A DNA stretch of 64,000 nucleotides from Myxococcales bacterium (GCA_047601445.1 JASGJH010000001.1:2720001-2784000), one strand, 5' to 3'. Shown: positions 9,281 to 19,498, numbered from the stretch's first letter. A program made the numbers and translations. Notes: generated from the sequence alone by a model not told the origin.

Positions 9281-10342
9281 TCAGTACTCGGCGCGGAAGA
9301 GCTGCTGGCCCATCAGCAGCAGGTCGCCGTTACGGATGGCCTGCTTGCCCACGAGGCGCACGAAAGTGCCGTTGGAGCTGCCCACGTCGGTCAAGAACAC
9401 CCGGCCCTGATCGCCGTGAATCCGAGCGTGCAGGCCGGACACGTAGCCGTCCTCGGGGAAGATGAGGTCGCCGCGCTCGCGTCCCAGGTGCAATCCCTGG
9501 GGCGGAATGGGGAAGGAGTTGGCCGTGGTGCTACGGCCGATCACGAGGCTCAAACGCCCGATGAAACCGGGATTAGGGCTACCCATGATCTCCACGCCAT
9601 CGCCGCTGGGTTGGATGGGCTCGATGGTGTTGAAGCGCAGGAGCTCCTGGCCGATGCGGAAGATGGCGCCATCGCGCAGCTCCACGGGCGCGTCGCGATC
9701 GATGCGCACATAGACGCCGTTGAGCGATTGCTCGTCCTTCACGAACAGCTGTCCCCCCTCGAAGCTGAGGGTGGCGTGGCGTGGCGAAAGGTAGAGGTCC
9801 GCGCCGAACACGCCGCCAACCTGACGACCGATGGGCGTGATGTCGGCAAGCGGGACGACCTCGCCCTCACTTCCGTCGGGACGAATCAGCACCAGGTTAC
9901 CGCGGGCAGGCGTAGCCGAGGGCGCGGAGGGCGCAGGCGCAGCAGCGGGGGCCGGAGCCACCGCAGCCGCCGCCACGTTGGCCATGGGGTGACCGCACGA
10001 GCCGCAGAACTTGAAGCTGCGGGGCACGGACGAACCGCACTTCGGACACGTCAGCGGATCACTTGCCGCGGCCGGCGCACCCGAGCTTACGGGCTCGAGC
10101 GAACGACGAACCTCGGCCACAGGCGCAGGAGCGGCCTGAGTCGGCGCATCGGGCATCACCGGTGCGGCTGCCGTGCGAGCGAATGCAGCGGCAGCCTGAG
10201 GGGCAGGCATGCCTGCCGGCGGCGTGGGCGCCGTGAACGCCTTGGGTTGATGCGCGGCATTGCGCGGAAGCTCTGCGCCACAACCTAGGCAGAACTTGTA
10301 GTGGTCCTGGTTTTCTTTGCTGCACCGAGGACAGACAATCAC
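9281..10342 (-). CDS. double zinc-ribbon, tandem FHA domain protein
   Basis: CPRC..CLGCG and CPKCG..CGSCG ribbons; two FHA domains with GR, SxxH and SxNG motifs. Confidence 0.9.
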   Translation of the reverse strand: MIVCPRCSKENQDHYKFCLGCGAELPRNAAHQPKAFTAPTPPAGMPAPQAAAAFARTAAAPVMPDAPTQAAPAPVAEVRRSLEPVSSGAPAAASDPLTCPKCGSSVPRSFKFCGSCGHPMANVAAAAVAPAPAAAPAPSAPSATPARGNLVLIRPDGSEGEVVPLADITPIGRQVGGVFGADLYLSPRHATLSFEGGQLFVKDEQSLNGVYVRIDRDAPVELRDGAIFRIGQELLRFNTIEPIQPSGDGVEIMGSPNPGFIGRLSLVIGRSTTANSFPIPPQGLHLGRERGDLIFPEDGYVSGLHARIHGDQGRVFLTDVGSSNGTFVRLVGKQAIRNGDLLLMGQQLFRAEY

Positions 10343-10416
10343 CCAAGCCTCCAGTCGCCGAGATGGGGCCTCGTAGTCGAATCCCCGTACGTGCTGCGCG
10401 TATTCGGCAGTTGCGG

Positions 10417-10446
10417 AGAATACGAGGCGGGTCAGTTATAGGTCAA
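10417..10446 (-). promoter_or_regulatory. putative sigma70 promoter
   Basis: Minus strand TTGACC-N18-TATTCT upstream of the 10342 start. Confidence 0.5.
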
Positions 10447-10573
10447 GCAACCACCGGGCGAAATCCCTACCCTCAGGAGCAGTTACGCCGCGCTTCACGG
10501 CCGGCCCGCTCACGCCGCGCAGGTCCGCTCGCAAGCAAACCAGCCCGGCGCCATCGAGCCGCACCATCGAAAC

Positions 10574-11686
10574 CTACGCCGTGATCTCGACGCGCAGGAG
10601 CTGCCGCCCCAGGAACAGGTAGTCCCCATGGCTGAGTTCCTTTTCGCCGCGCAGTCGCTGATACGTGCCGTTCTTCGAATTGTTGTCGATGAGGGCGAAG
10701 CTGCCGTCGGGCGAGGCCGCCAGACGCGCATGGTTGGCCGACATGTAGACGTCTTCCGGGAAATTCAGGTCGCAGTCTTCGCGCCCGATCGTGCACTGGT
10801 TGTCCCGTGCGCAGACCACCATGCCCTCGCCGCCACCACGCAAGAGCTGGGTGACTCGGAAGGCGCTCGGCCGCCGGGGCGAGGTGTAGAAGTAGGTGTT
10901 ATCCGGGTCGGGCCCGGCCGTGTCCGCGGGGGTGCGATCGAGGCGGAAGACCTCTTCGCCGCAGAGGAAGGAATCACCCGGTTCCAGCGGGACCTGACCG
11001 CGCACTCGGAGGTAGACGCCATTGAGGCTGCCCTCATCTCGCACCACGAGCTTGTCGCCGCGGTAGAGGAAATTCGCGTGGCGCGGGCTGAGCCAGGGAT
11101 CGTCCGGAAACACGATCTGGCCATCGCGACGGCCCGCCACGTGCTCGGTGCCCTGCAGCAAGTAGCTGAGGCCATCGCTGCCCGCATCACCGCGGATCAA
11201 GATCAAGCGCGCCTTGCCAGGAGACTGCATGGCTCCGAAGAAGTCCGTGCGCAGGTCGAGAATCGCCGGCGGTACCACCGCTCCGCATCGACCACAAAAC
11301 TTGTGTCCCGACGGGACCGGGGTCGAGCACTCCTTGCACACGTAGTGACGGGCCTGCTCCATCAATTCCTCCTTCGAGAGCTGGGGCTTTGCAGGTGCCC
11401 CTAAACCAGCTGGCTTGCCGACCGGCGAAGCCGCGGTGGGCGACCAGAGCTTGGCGCGAGCCTCCACTGGTTCGGGCGACGATGCCACATTTTGGACGCT
11501 TTGGGGCGCTGCTTGCACGGCATTCGAGCGTGCCTGTGGCGCCGCTTGGGGTGCGACTGGCTCCGCCGGCTGTGGAGAGGCGGACGCCACCAAGGCCAAC
11601 GTGGACCCGCAGCGCGCGCAAAATTTGGCATCGAGTGGAGCAAAGACCTCGCAGCTACCGCACGCGATTCCGACCCCGTGGCCCAT
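10574..11686 (-). CDS. double zinc-ribbon, tandem FHA domain protein (paralogue of 9281..10342)
   Basis: CGSC..CARCG and CKEC..CGRCG; FHA motifs AGR..SPRH..SLNG and IGR..SANH..SKNG. Confidence 0.9.
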   Translation of the reverse strand: MGHGVGIACGSCEVFAPLDAKFCARCGSTLALVASASPQPAEPVAPQAAPQARSNAVQAAPQSVQNVASSPEPVEARAKLWSPTAASPVGKPAGLGAPAKPQLSKEELMEQARHYVCKECSTPVPSGHKFCGRCGAVVPPAILDLRTDFFGAMQSPGKARLILIRGDAGSDGLSYLLQGTEHVAGRRDGQIVFPDDPWLSPRHANFLYRGDKLVVRDEGSLNGVYLRVRGQVPLEPGDSFLCGEEVFRLDRTPADTAGPDPDNTYFYTSPRRPSAFRVTQLLRGGGEGMVVCARDNQCTIGREDCDLNFPEDVYMSANHARLAASPDGSFALIDNNSKNGTYQRLRGEKELSHGDYLFLGRQLLRVEITA

Positions 11687-11834
11687 GAGTTAAGTGGTCT
11701 CCCTGCGCCGCGCATGGAACGAACGCGCCGACGCATCGTGGTTGGAGCGCACCGAACGGCGCGCGAAAAACATGCCGAGGCGCCTATTCGGGACCGACAG
11801 ATCCATCTCCAGGTCGAGCGCCATCGTCACGCCG

Positions 11835-14800
11835 CTAGTGTTGGCCGGGGGATGGGGGCACGTCAATTCGCGGGCTGGGCGGGTGACAGCGATTGTTGGG
11901 GACCACCGGGGAACTGCCTGCGAGGGCTCTCACCAGGGCCACTGGTTCGTTCCGCAGGCGCTCTGCGCCTACATCGGGGCCGAGCAGCCGTGCAATGTCG
12001 AGCCGGGCCGACCAATCCGAGCTGCGATCGAAGGCGCGCTGGAGCGAGGGTCGCAGGGGTCTCGGGACGCCCCCGTTCTCGGAAAATTGCCTGTAAGAGC
12101 GGTCGAAACGCGGGATCCGAAGGGTCCGCGAGGACGGCCTCGAGCGGCTGCAGCGCGCGCTCGCTGGAGGCCAAAGATAGCCGCACCAGGGCGGCCGTGC
12201 GGAGGCTCGGGTCAGGATTTGCCTCCACGAGAGCGATCAGAGCGGGCGCGAGCTGGACAGCCAGCGCTTGGGCAAGCTCGGTCGAGAAGCAGGGCATCAC
12301 CTCGAGCAAGGCTGCCGGCGCAAGCCCACCGGTGACCGGTGACAGCGCGGACAAGACCGCCTCCGCATTGCTGCGGTCATTGCTCAAGAGCTCCTGTGCG
12401 ACCGCCCCGAGCTGCGGCCAGAGCCAACCCAAGCTCGCATGCACTTCGGCGGGAGCGTCTTCTCGCTCGGTCGTTTGCCGAGCGATCCAGCTTGCGAAGT
12501 AGTGCCTCACGGCGAAGGGCCAGGCCGGCGGAGGCAGCGTCAGGGCGAACGAAGCCACTGCGTTGCCCGCTGGCCCATCCTTGGGCTGGGAAGTGCTCGC
12601 CGTGCGCGGCGCGATGCTCTGCAAGGCCAGGTGGGCGGCGGCGCTACGCAGCGCGACAGCGGGCGCAAGCAGGCCGCGGCTGATGGCCTCTGGATCATCG
12701 CGCAACGTCAGCAGGGCGACGAGTCCAGCGGGGCCCTCGCCATGTAGCTCGTCCAGCAGTTCGGCCCTGAGCGTCTGCTGCGCCTCGACTTCGGACCAGG
12801 CCCAATGTGCAGCCGCGCGCAGCACCGGATGTCGATCGCTGGCCAGCTGCTGTAGCTCCGTCCTGGCTGTCTGCGCGCGCAGAGTCCCTAGCCCCAAGAT
12901 GCCGATCAAGCGCAGTGACACGTCCGACATGTGCAGGGCCGAGCGCAGGGTTTCCGTGGCCTGGTTCCCTTCGCTCATGGCGAGAGCCCACAACACGAAG
13001 GGCTTCAGCCCGCGCTCGGTCTCTCGCAGCAGGGTCTTGAGGCGCGGGATGAGGGCCGGATCGGCCGCACGCCCCAGCGCCACGAGCGCCTGGGCTCGCT
13101 CGGCAGCCACGCTCCCATGTTCGGCCAGGTTCAAAAGCGCAGGTCCTGCCCCGCGCGCGCCCAGCGCCGCCAGCAAGCCCAACGCAGTGGCGCGCTGAAA
13201 GCCGTCCGCATCGCTCAGCGCTTCGATCAACGGTTTCAGCGCACGTCGCGCGAGCCCCGCGAACGAAGCGCTCTCGACGGCATCCAGGCGCCCAGCCTCG
13301 AAGCGCGCGCAAAGTGGCTCGAACCACTGGGCATAGGCCTCCACCAGCAGGCGGCGATAGATGGTGCGTTGCGCATGGGCGAGCGATTGCTCGAGCAGCA
13401 CGCGCTCCAGCTCGGCACGCTGGGACTCCACCAGCGGCAGCTCCCGTGCGGCTCGCACGGCGCGCCCGATTAGGGCATCGTCCTGGGCGCCCTGCACGAT
13501 CGCGAGCCACCAGCCAAAGGCCTCGGGCACACGGCCGCGGGCGGTCTCGAGCTGGGCTAGCAGCAGGCGCGTATCAAAGTCCTGGCGCTCCAGCTCTGCG
13601 GCACGCTGGTAGGCCGCAATGGCCGCCTCGAGGTTCTGGCGCCGGCGATACAGGTCCCCGACCAGCTTCTGGGTACTCGCGTCGTTGGGCTTGAGCGCGA
13701 GCGCCCGGGTCGCGTACGCGAGCGCAGCGTCGTCCTGATACGACTCGAGCGCTAGCCGCACTGCGCGCGCGAGGTGGGCCGCGGCCTGCGTGGGCTCGGC
13801 CACAATCAAGCGGTCCAGTACTTCGAGCACGCGGGCCGACTCGCCGCGCCGAGCGTGGGCTCGCTCGAGGGCGCGCAACGTCTCGACGTCCCCTGATCGC
13901 AGCTGCAGCAGGCGCTCGAGCGTGGGCACTTCCTTGCCGGACTGACTGGGATCCCGCGCGTAGAGCTCCGCCATCAGCCACAGGGCTTCGACGTCTTGCG
14001 GGTTGCGCCGCACGCGCTGCTCCAGCTCGCGCAGCTTGCGGGTCGAGAGCCCCTGGCGCCGCCACAGCGCGACCAGGTGCTGGTGCACCTCACGACGCGC
14101 CTCGGGTTCGAGCTCCTGGAGCCGCAGGCCCTCCAACCACACCCGCTCCGCCTCGATCGCGTGCCCCGTGCGCTCGAACAAGCTCGCCTCGAGGCGCAGA
14201 ACGTCGAAGCGTCCTGGCAAGAGCTCTCGCGCTCGTTGGACCGCCACGAGCGCCTCGTCCACGAGATCATGGTCGGCCAGCGTCTGTGCCAACAGCAGCT
14301 GGCCCTCCCCTTCGGCGCCTGCCAGACGCGGCAAGCGTTGCCAGATCGCGGACGCGGCGGCGCGGTCGCCGCGTGCCAAGGCTTCCTCGCCCAGGGCCAC
14401 CACGTGGGCCGGATCGTCGGGCTCGAGCTGGGCGAGCAACGAGAGTTCGCGCGCAGCCCTTTCGTTCTCGCCCCAGCGGCCGTACAGCTCGGCAAGGGCC
14501 CGATGCACCACAGCCGAGGCCCGGGCGCGTTTGGAGACACTCTCGAGCAAGCCAAAGGCCTCCTCGGGCTTGCCCGAGTCGCGCAGCAGCTGCGCGAGGG
14601 TGGTCGCATAGCGCGGTTCGAGCGGAGCAGCGCGCACGAGATCCCGATAGACCTTGGTCAGTTCGTCCAGCTGTCCACCGCGCCCCAAGACGTGGGCAAG
14701 ACGCTCGAGACTGTCGATGTCCTGCGGGGCGCGCTTGACCTGCGCGCGCAGCGCAGTGAGGGCCCGCGCGTCGTCACCGAGCTCCTCCCAGAGCGCCCCC

Positions 14801-15780
14801 GCCTGGTCCAGAGCCCCTTCACGCTCGAAACGCTCGGCCAGCTCGGGCAGCCGCTCCAGCCTACGATACGCGGCCACCTGTAGATCCCGAAGCTCCGCGC
14901 GCTCCGAGGCCGCGGCCGTTCCCCACGCACGATCCAGCGTGGCGAGCGCCCCCGAGGCATCGCCCGCTGCGAGCTGTACGCGGGCCGCCTCGCGTAACAG
15001 CGGGGTGCGTGCGCGCACGTCGCCACGCATGCGCTCGGCGGCTTGCGCGTACTGAACAGCAGCCTCCCGGTGGAAACCGTGCGCCGACAGCGCGCGCGCA
15101 AATGCCGCGGCGGAACCAGCCCGCATGGGATCGGCCCGCTCGAGCTGGGAAAACAGGTCGGCCGCCCTGGCCAGCTCACCTTCGTCCAACGCGAGTTCGG
15201 CTTCGCCCTGCAACGAGAGGAGCTGCAGCGGCCCGCGCGGCGCAAGGCGCCGCACACTCTCGTATTCGGCCCGAGCGAGCTCCGGCTCGTGGGCCCTTCG
15301 ATGAAGCTCCGCCCTGAGCATGTGGAGCGGCGCGCGCTCCGGATAGTCCTCCAGTGCGTTGACCAAGACGCCCTGGGCGCGCGCGAGCTGTCCCTCTGCG
15401 AGCCACAGCCGCGCCAACACCTCCGCCGCAGCCGTCTCGCCCGGACGCTCGTGTATCGTCTGCTCCAGCCGCTGTGCCAGGGGTTCGAGGCTCCCTTCGC
15501 TGGCCAAACTCAGCTCGCGCAGACGCTCGAGCGCGAAGGTGTCCCCGGGTTCACGCAGCAGCGCCTGGTAATAGCGCTGCCTGAGGTCGGGCTTGGCGCG
15601 CTCGGCCGCGTTGGTCCCTGGGCGCGGCGTCGCGCGCGGGGGTCGGGGAGGCCGCGCGGATGGCCCGGATGCGGGCTCCCTGCTCAAGGACCAATCGTCT
15701 TGGGCGTGCGCGGTCCCGACTCGAACGCCCAGGCACGTTCCCAGCGAGAGCCCAAGAGCGACGATCGTGCGCGCAACCAC
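11835..15780 (-). CDS. large exported TPR + HEAT-repeat protein (apparent 1-nt frameshift near 12083-12086)
   Basis: Signal peptide ending AHAQ, many TPR-like helices, then HEAT-like units (ERAQALVALG, LRAAAHWA). The ORF-track frame ends in junk at 11863; the alternative frame continues HEAT-like to TAG at 11835. Confidence 0.8.
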
Positions 15781-15786
15781 GCCCCA

Positions 15787-16656
15787 TCATACACCCTGCA
15801 CAAGGGCTCCCGAATCTCTGTCGTTCCCCTCGCACACGGGCGGGGTACACACGCGCGAACCGGGACAGTCGGGCGTGGCCACGCATCCGAAGGCGCAATG
15901 GCCTAGATGACAAATGCCCGATTCGGGCGCACCGGGCGCGACGTCGAGCGCTGAGCAGTCCGCGTCCTCGCTACACGTGCGTGCCAGGACTGCCGCCCTG
16001 TAAGCCGTGCACGACCCACGCCGGGGTATACACACCTTGAGGCTCGGCAAGCACTCGAAGGCCGTCGGGCAGTCGGCATCCTGCGCGCAAGGCCCGCGCA
16101 GGCACACCTTCTCGAACGGGTGCCCGAGCTCCACGCAGCTCAACGCTGGTCCGCCGGCGTCGCCCGCGGCTCCGCAATCTGCAGCCGTCTCGCAGGCAGC
16201 GCAGAGCGCGACCGCGCTCGCCACGCAGGTGCCACGTCCCCGGTCACAAACCGGCGTGGCCCCCGCACAGTGTTCGTCTGCGCTGCAGGCCACGCAGCTG
16301 CCTGCGGTGGGGTGACAGACCGGCGTGGTCCCCCCACAAACCTGTCCGGCGCACGGATCCTCGGGCGCGCTGGCGTCGCTCTGGGCCACGCACACACCAC
16401 GTTGGCCGCCGCTCTGTACGCAGCGCTCCCGGGAAGAGCACTGCACGTCGGAGCTACAAGCCGGATAGCAGCGTCCCGACAGGCAGAGCCGGCCCTCGAT
16501 GCAAGGCTTATCCGCCGTGCACTCGGGCGCCACCGGTTGAGGTACAGCGCTCGCAGGCTCATTCGACCCGGCCTCGCTCGAACAACCGAAGCCCCCGATG
16601 ACGGCCCACAAGATCAGGCCTCCCACCACACCTCGCTTCAACCGCGCGCGCTGCAT
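15787..16656 (-). CDS. cysteine-rich repeat lipoprotein (myxobacterial type)
   Basis: Lipobox-like GFGC after a hydrophobic stretch; repeated C-x4-C / CxxDxxC modules. Confidence 0.8.
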   Translation of the reverse strand: MQRARLKRGVVGGLILWAVIGGFGCSSEAGSNEPASAVPQPVAPECTADKPCIEGRLCLSGRCYPACSSDVQCSSRERCVQSGGQRGVCVAQSDASAPEDPCAGQVCGGTTPVCHPTAGSCVACSADEHCAGATPVCDRGRGTCVASAVALCAACETAADCGAAGDAGGPALSCVELGHPFEKVCLRGPCAQDADCPTAFECLPSLKVCIPRRGSCTAYRAAVLARTCSEDADCSALDVAPGAPESGICHLGHCAFGCVATPDCPGSRVCTPPVCEGNDRDSGALVQGV

Positions 16657-16766
16657 CGTCCCCTGTCTACACCGAGATCATGCCTCCGCGCGAGCTGCCC
16701 CTTCGAGCGCGACCTCGCCGGGAGTCGGCTAGCCCCAGGGGACCTGAATTGCTACATGCGTCGGCT

Positions 16767-17666
16767 ATGGCCGATGTGTTTGCAGGCTGCACGCTCGAAC
16801 GTCTTCCGCACCCCCGCGGTGCCCTCGCGCTGCCCTTTTTCGAGTTCGCCCCTCGACCACCGCTGCCCACGTTTGCGACGCTTGCTCGCTACCGGAAGCA
16901 GTTCAGCACGCGCGCGCCCAAGATCGCTCTTGTCGCCCCCCGCGGCACCTGGCAGACGCCGCGCGGGCCCATGCGACCAGGCGCAGAGGTCGACGCTGGC
17001 GTCGATTGGCTGAACCGCGTTGCGGACATTCTGGGGGCCTTCGCCGTCGTATTGGCCACGGGTGCCGAACTGACCACAGGCGAACGAGACCAGGATTTGC
17101 TGCGTACCTTCGCCGAGCGCATCAAGGCTGAAGGGCGGCACATCATCGTGGCTCCACGAGGGCTCTGGGAGCCCGAGCAGGCCATCCCTTTCGCACTGAA
17201 AACCGGCACCATCTATGGCTTCGACCCGCTCGAACATGATGCCCCTCCGGGGCCGTTCGTGTACGCCCGCGTGAGGCCCATGGGAGCGCGTCCGCGCCTC
17301 ACCGAGGGCGCGCTGGCCCAAATCGCCGAGCGCATCGCTGGCTCGGGCTGCGAGCAGGCGTACGTGAGTGTGGAGTCCGAACGGGCGCTGGCTGACAGCA
17401 AGCGGCTCACGGTCGCCCTGAACGAAGGACTCGAGGCCGCAGCTCTGTTGGCCGAGTCCGGCGAGGACCTCGAAGACGAGGACCAAGACGAGGACGAGGA
17501 GGAAAACCTCGAAGAAGAAGGCGAAGACCTCGAAGGCGAGGACCTCGAAGACGAAGACGAAGACGAAGGCGAAGACGAAGACGAAGACGAAGACGAAGAC
17601 GAAGACGAAGACGAAGACGAAGACGAAGACGAAGACGAAGACGAAGACGAAGACGAAGACGAGTAG
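16767..17666 (+). CDS. DUF72-like (degenerate TIM-barrel) protein with long Asp/Glu-rich tail
   Basis: Motif order resembles DUF72/YecE (FFEF..P, ..PRGLW, .DP, VYARV, AYV....A); ~70-aa acidic C-terminus. Start trimmed to ATG 16767. Confidence 0.6.
   Translation: MADVFAGCTLERLPHPRGALALPFFEFAPRPPLPTFATLARYRKQFSTRAPKIALVAPRGTWQTPRGPMRPGAEVDAGVDWLNRVADILGAFAVVLATGAELTTGERDQDLLRTFAERIKAEGRHIIVAPRGLWEPEQAIPFALKTGTIYGFDPLEHDAPPGPFVYARVRPMGARPRLTEGALAQIAERIAGSGCEQAYVSVESERALADSKRLTVALNEGLEAAALLAESGEDLEDEDQDEDEEENLEEEGEDLEGEDLEDEDEDEGEDEDEDEDEDEDEDEDEDEDEDEDEDEDEDE
17547..17660 (+). repeat. GAAGAC hexanucleotide tandem repeat encoding (Glu-Asp)n
   Basis: 3 x GAAGAC, 1 x GAAGGC, then 15 perfect GAAGAC copies (17571-17660). 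Confidence 0.97.
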
Positions 17667-17668
17667 TC

Positions 17669-19132
17669 ATGGCGGACGAGGCGCTACACGAACGGCTCCC
17701 CGCGCTCGCGTGGCTCTGGAATGCACGTCTCCAGCGCATCGATTCCCCCTCCCCCGGCCTCTTCGCGCTCACGCTATTCCACCAAGGCGAACGCCTCGTC
17801 CTCCTGATCTGGGTCGAGCCCACCCGCCGCGGCCTGGGTTCTTCCCCCGAGCGCCCCAAAGGAGCTCCCGCTTCGGCGTTCGTGCAGCGCCTGCGCTCCA
17901 AGCTCGAGAACGCCCGCCTTACCCACGCCCACTGGCTCGTGCCCCGCGCTGCTCCGCAGCACGGGGCACGAGCCCTCTCCCTCACCTTCACCCGCGCGGA
18001 ACACCAAGAAACCGCCCTAGTGGACTTCGATCGCGATGCCCCGAGCTTCATCCTGCTCGCCGAGTCCGGGCGTCCCCTCGGCGCCTCCGACGAGCGCGCC
18101 CTGCGCGCTCGCTGGCCCGACCGCAGCGCTCCCTTTGCGCTCGGGCGCGGCCCCGGCGTGCCCATCCCCAGCGACCCCACCGCCCTCGAGCAGGCCGCCA
18201 GCGACCTGCTCGAGGCCAGCCAGCGCTCCTCCCAGGCCGGACTCCTGCGGGACCTCCGCCAGCGCACTCAAGCCGCGCTCAAGCGAGCCGAGCGCAAGAC
18301 CCAGGCCATCCGTGGCGATCTCGAGCGCGTCCAGCTAGCACCTCGCCTGCGCCGCGAAGCCGACGTGCTGCTCTGTCACCTTCACACGGTACCGCGCGGC
18401 CAGACCCAGGTGAGATTGCTCGACGAGAGTGTCGAGCCGCCCGAATGGCTGGAGCTCAAGCTCGATCCCACGCTCGACGCCCAGCACAACGCGCAACAAC
18501 GCTATCAGCGCGCCCGCAAGCTCGAACGGGGCACCGACATCTCGCAAGATCGCCTGGACGCCGCCGAACGCAGCGTGGCCGCCTTGCGCGCCTTCCTTGC
18601 CACCATCGACGCCAGCGGCGGCCGAGACGATTTCGACGCCCAGCCGTTGCTCGAGCGGGCAGCCGAGCTCGAGCTCGGCGTTTCAGCGCCTGGAAAAGCC
18701 GTCAGGAAGCGCGCTGGCCCACAGATGCACGTCCCCTATCGCACCTTCCTCGGCAGCGCCGGACAGACGATCTTCGTGGGTAAAGGAGCGGCCGACAACG
18801 ACGCCCTGACGTTGACCGTCGCACGCCCCCACGATCACTGGCTCCACGCCCGCGGAGTTCAAGGCGCGCACGTCGTGATCCCGCGCGATCGCAGCGCCAC
18901 GCTCGCGCCCGAGTTGCTCATCGATGCGGCCCATCTGGCCGCCCATTTCAGCGATCTGCGCGGCGAACCCAGCGCCGAGATCCAGCACACCGAGCGTCGG
19001 TATTTGCGCAAGCCCAAGGGCGCGGCGCCCGGGGCCATCAACGTCGATCGCGAAAAGGTACTGCTCTTGCGCGTGGAACCTGCACGGCTCGAGCGCCTGC
19101 TCGCGAGCGAACGTCGACCCAACCAGACTTAA
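17669..19132 (+). CDS. rqcH: NFACT family protein (RqcH/Rqc2/FbpA-like)
   Basis: Coiled coil with LDPTLDAQHNAQQRYQRARKL; NFACT-R motif IFVGKGAADNDALT..ARPHDHWLHARGVQGAHVVI..AAHLAAHFS..YLRKPKGAAPG. Confidence 0.85.
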   Translation: MADEALHERLPALAWLWNARLQRIDSPSPGLFALTLFHQGERLVLLIWVEPTRRGLGSSPERPKGAPASAFVQRLRSKLENARLTHAHWLVPRAAPQHGARALSLTFTRAEHQETALVDFDRDAPSFILLAESGRPLGASDERALRARWPDRSAPFALGRGPGVPIPSDPTALEQAASDLLEASQRSSQAGLLRDLRQRTQAALKRAERKTQAIRGDLERVQLAPRLRREADVLLCHLHTVPRGQTQVRLLDESVEPPEWLELKLDPTLDAQHNAQQRYQRARKLERGTDISQDRLDAAERSVAALRAFLATIDASGGRDDFDAQPLLERAAELELGVSAPGKAVRKRAGPQMHVPYRTFLGSAGQTIFVGKGAADNDALTLTVARPHDHWLHARGVQGAHVVIPRDRSATLAPELLIDAAHLAAHFSDLRGEPSAEIQHTERRYLRKPKGAAPGAINVDREKVLLLRVEPARLERLLASERRPNQT

Positions 19133-19136
19133 ACGC

Positions 19137-19169
19137 AAACAGCCAGCACCCGAAGGTACTGGCTGTTTT
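19137..19169. terminator. bidirectional intrinsic terminator
   Basis: AAACAGCCAG-CACC-CGAA-GGTA-CTGGCTGTTTT hairpin with flanking A/T tracts, between convergent genes. Confidence 0.75.
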
Positions 19170-19271
19170 CCAAGATCGCGGATTCGCTGAACCCGCACCC
19201 GACGGCTGGACCAGGTCACGAAACTCAGCGTTACGTGCGAGGCCCGGCGACCGCGGTCTTTGGCGTGAAGA

Positions 19272-19427
19272 TCAGGCCGCGGGGGCCTTGGCCTTCTTCG
19301 CGGCGCGCTTCTTGGTCGCCTTCTTCTTGGCGGCCTTGCGCGGCGCTGCTGCACGGCGCTTCGCGGGCGCCTTCTTGGTGGTCTTCTTCGCTGCCTTCTT
19401 CGCGGTCTTCTTCTTCTTAGCTGCCAT
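19272..19427 (-). CDS. small Lys/Ala-rich histone H1-like protein (51 aa)
   Basis: Missed by ORF track. MAAKKKKTAKKAAKKTTKKAPAKRRAAAPRKAAKKKATKKRAAKKAKAPAA; GGGAGG RBS; own promoter and terminator. Confidence 0.85.
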   Translation of the reverse strand: MAAKKKKTAKKAAKKTTKKAPAKRRAAAPRKAAKKKATKKRAAKKAKAPAA

Positions 19428-19468
19428 GGTCGTGACCTCCCTCAAGGATGGGTCCTAGTTGTTGACGT

Positions 19469-19498
19469 AGCGTATTGTCACGTCACAGCACCTGTCAA
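19469..19498 (-). promoter_or_regulatory. sigma70 promoter of the histone-like gene, with AT-rich upstream region
   Basis: Minus strand TTGACA-N18-TACGCT; an unusually AT-rich tract at ~19500-19630 lies upstream. Confidence 0.6.

Noticed and set aside
17547..17660. Possible CRISPR array
   Set aside because: Contiguous hexamer repeat with no spacers; no cas genes in the window.
17407..18267. Minus-strand ORF with (LR)n repeat
   Set aside because: Reverse reading of the GAAGAC repeat; it overlaps two better-supported plus-strand genes.
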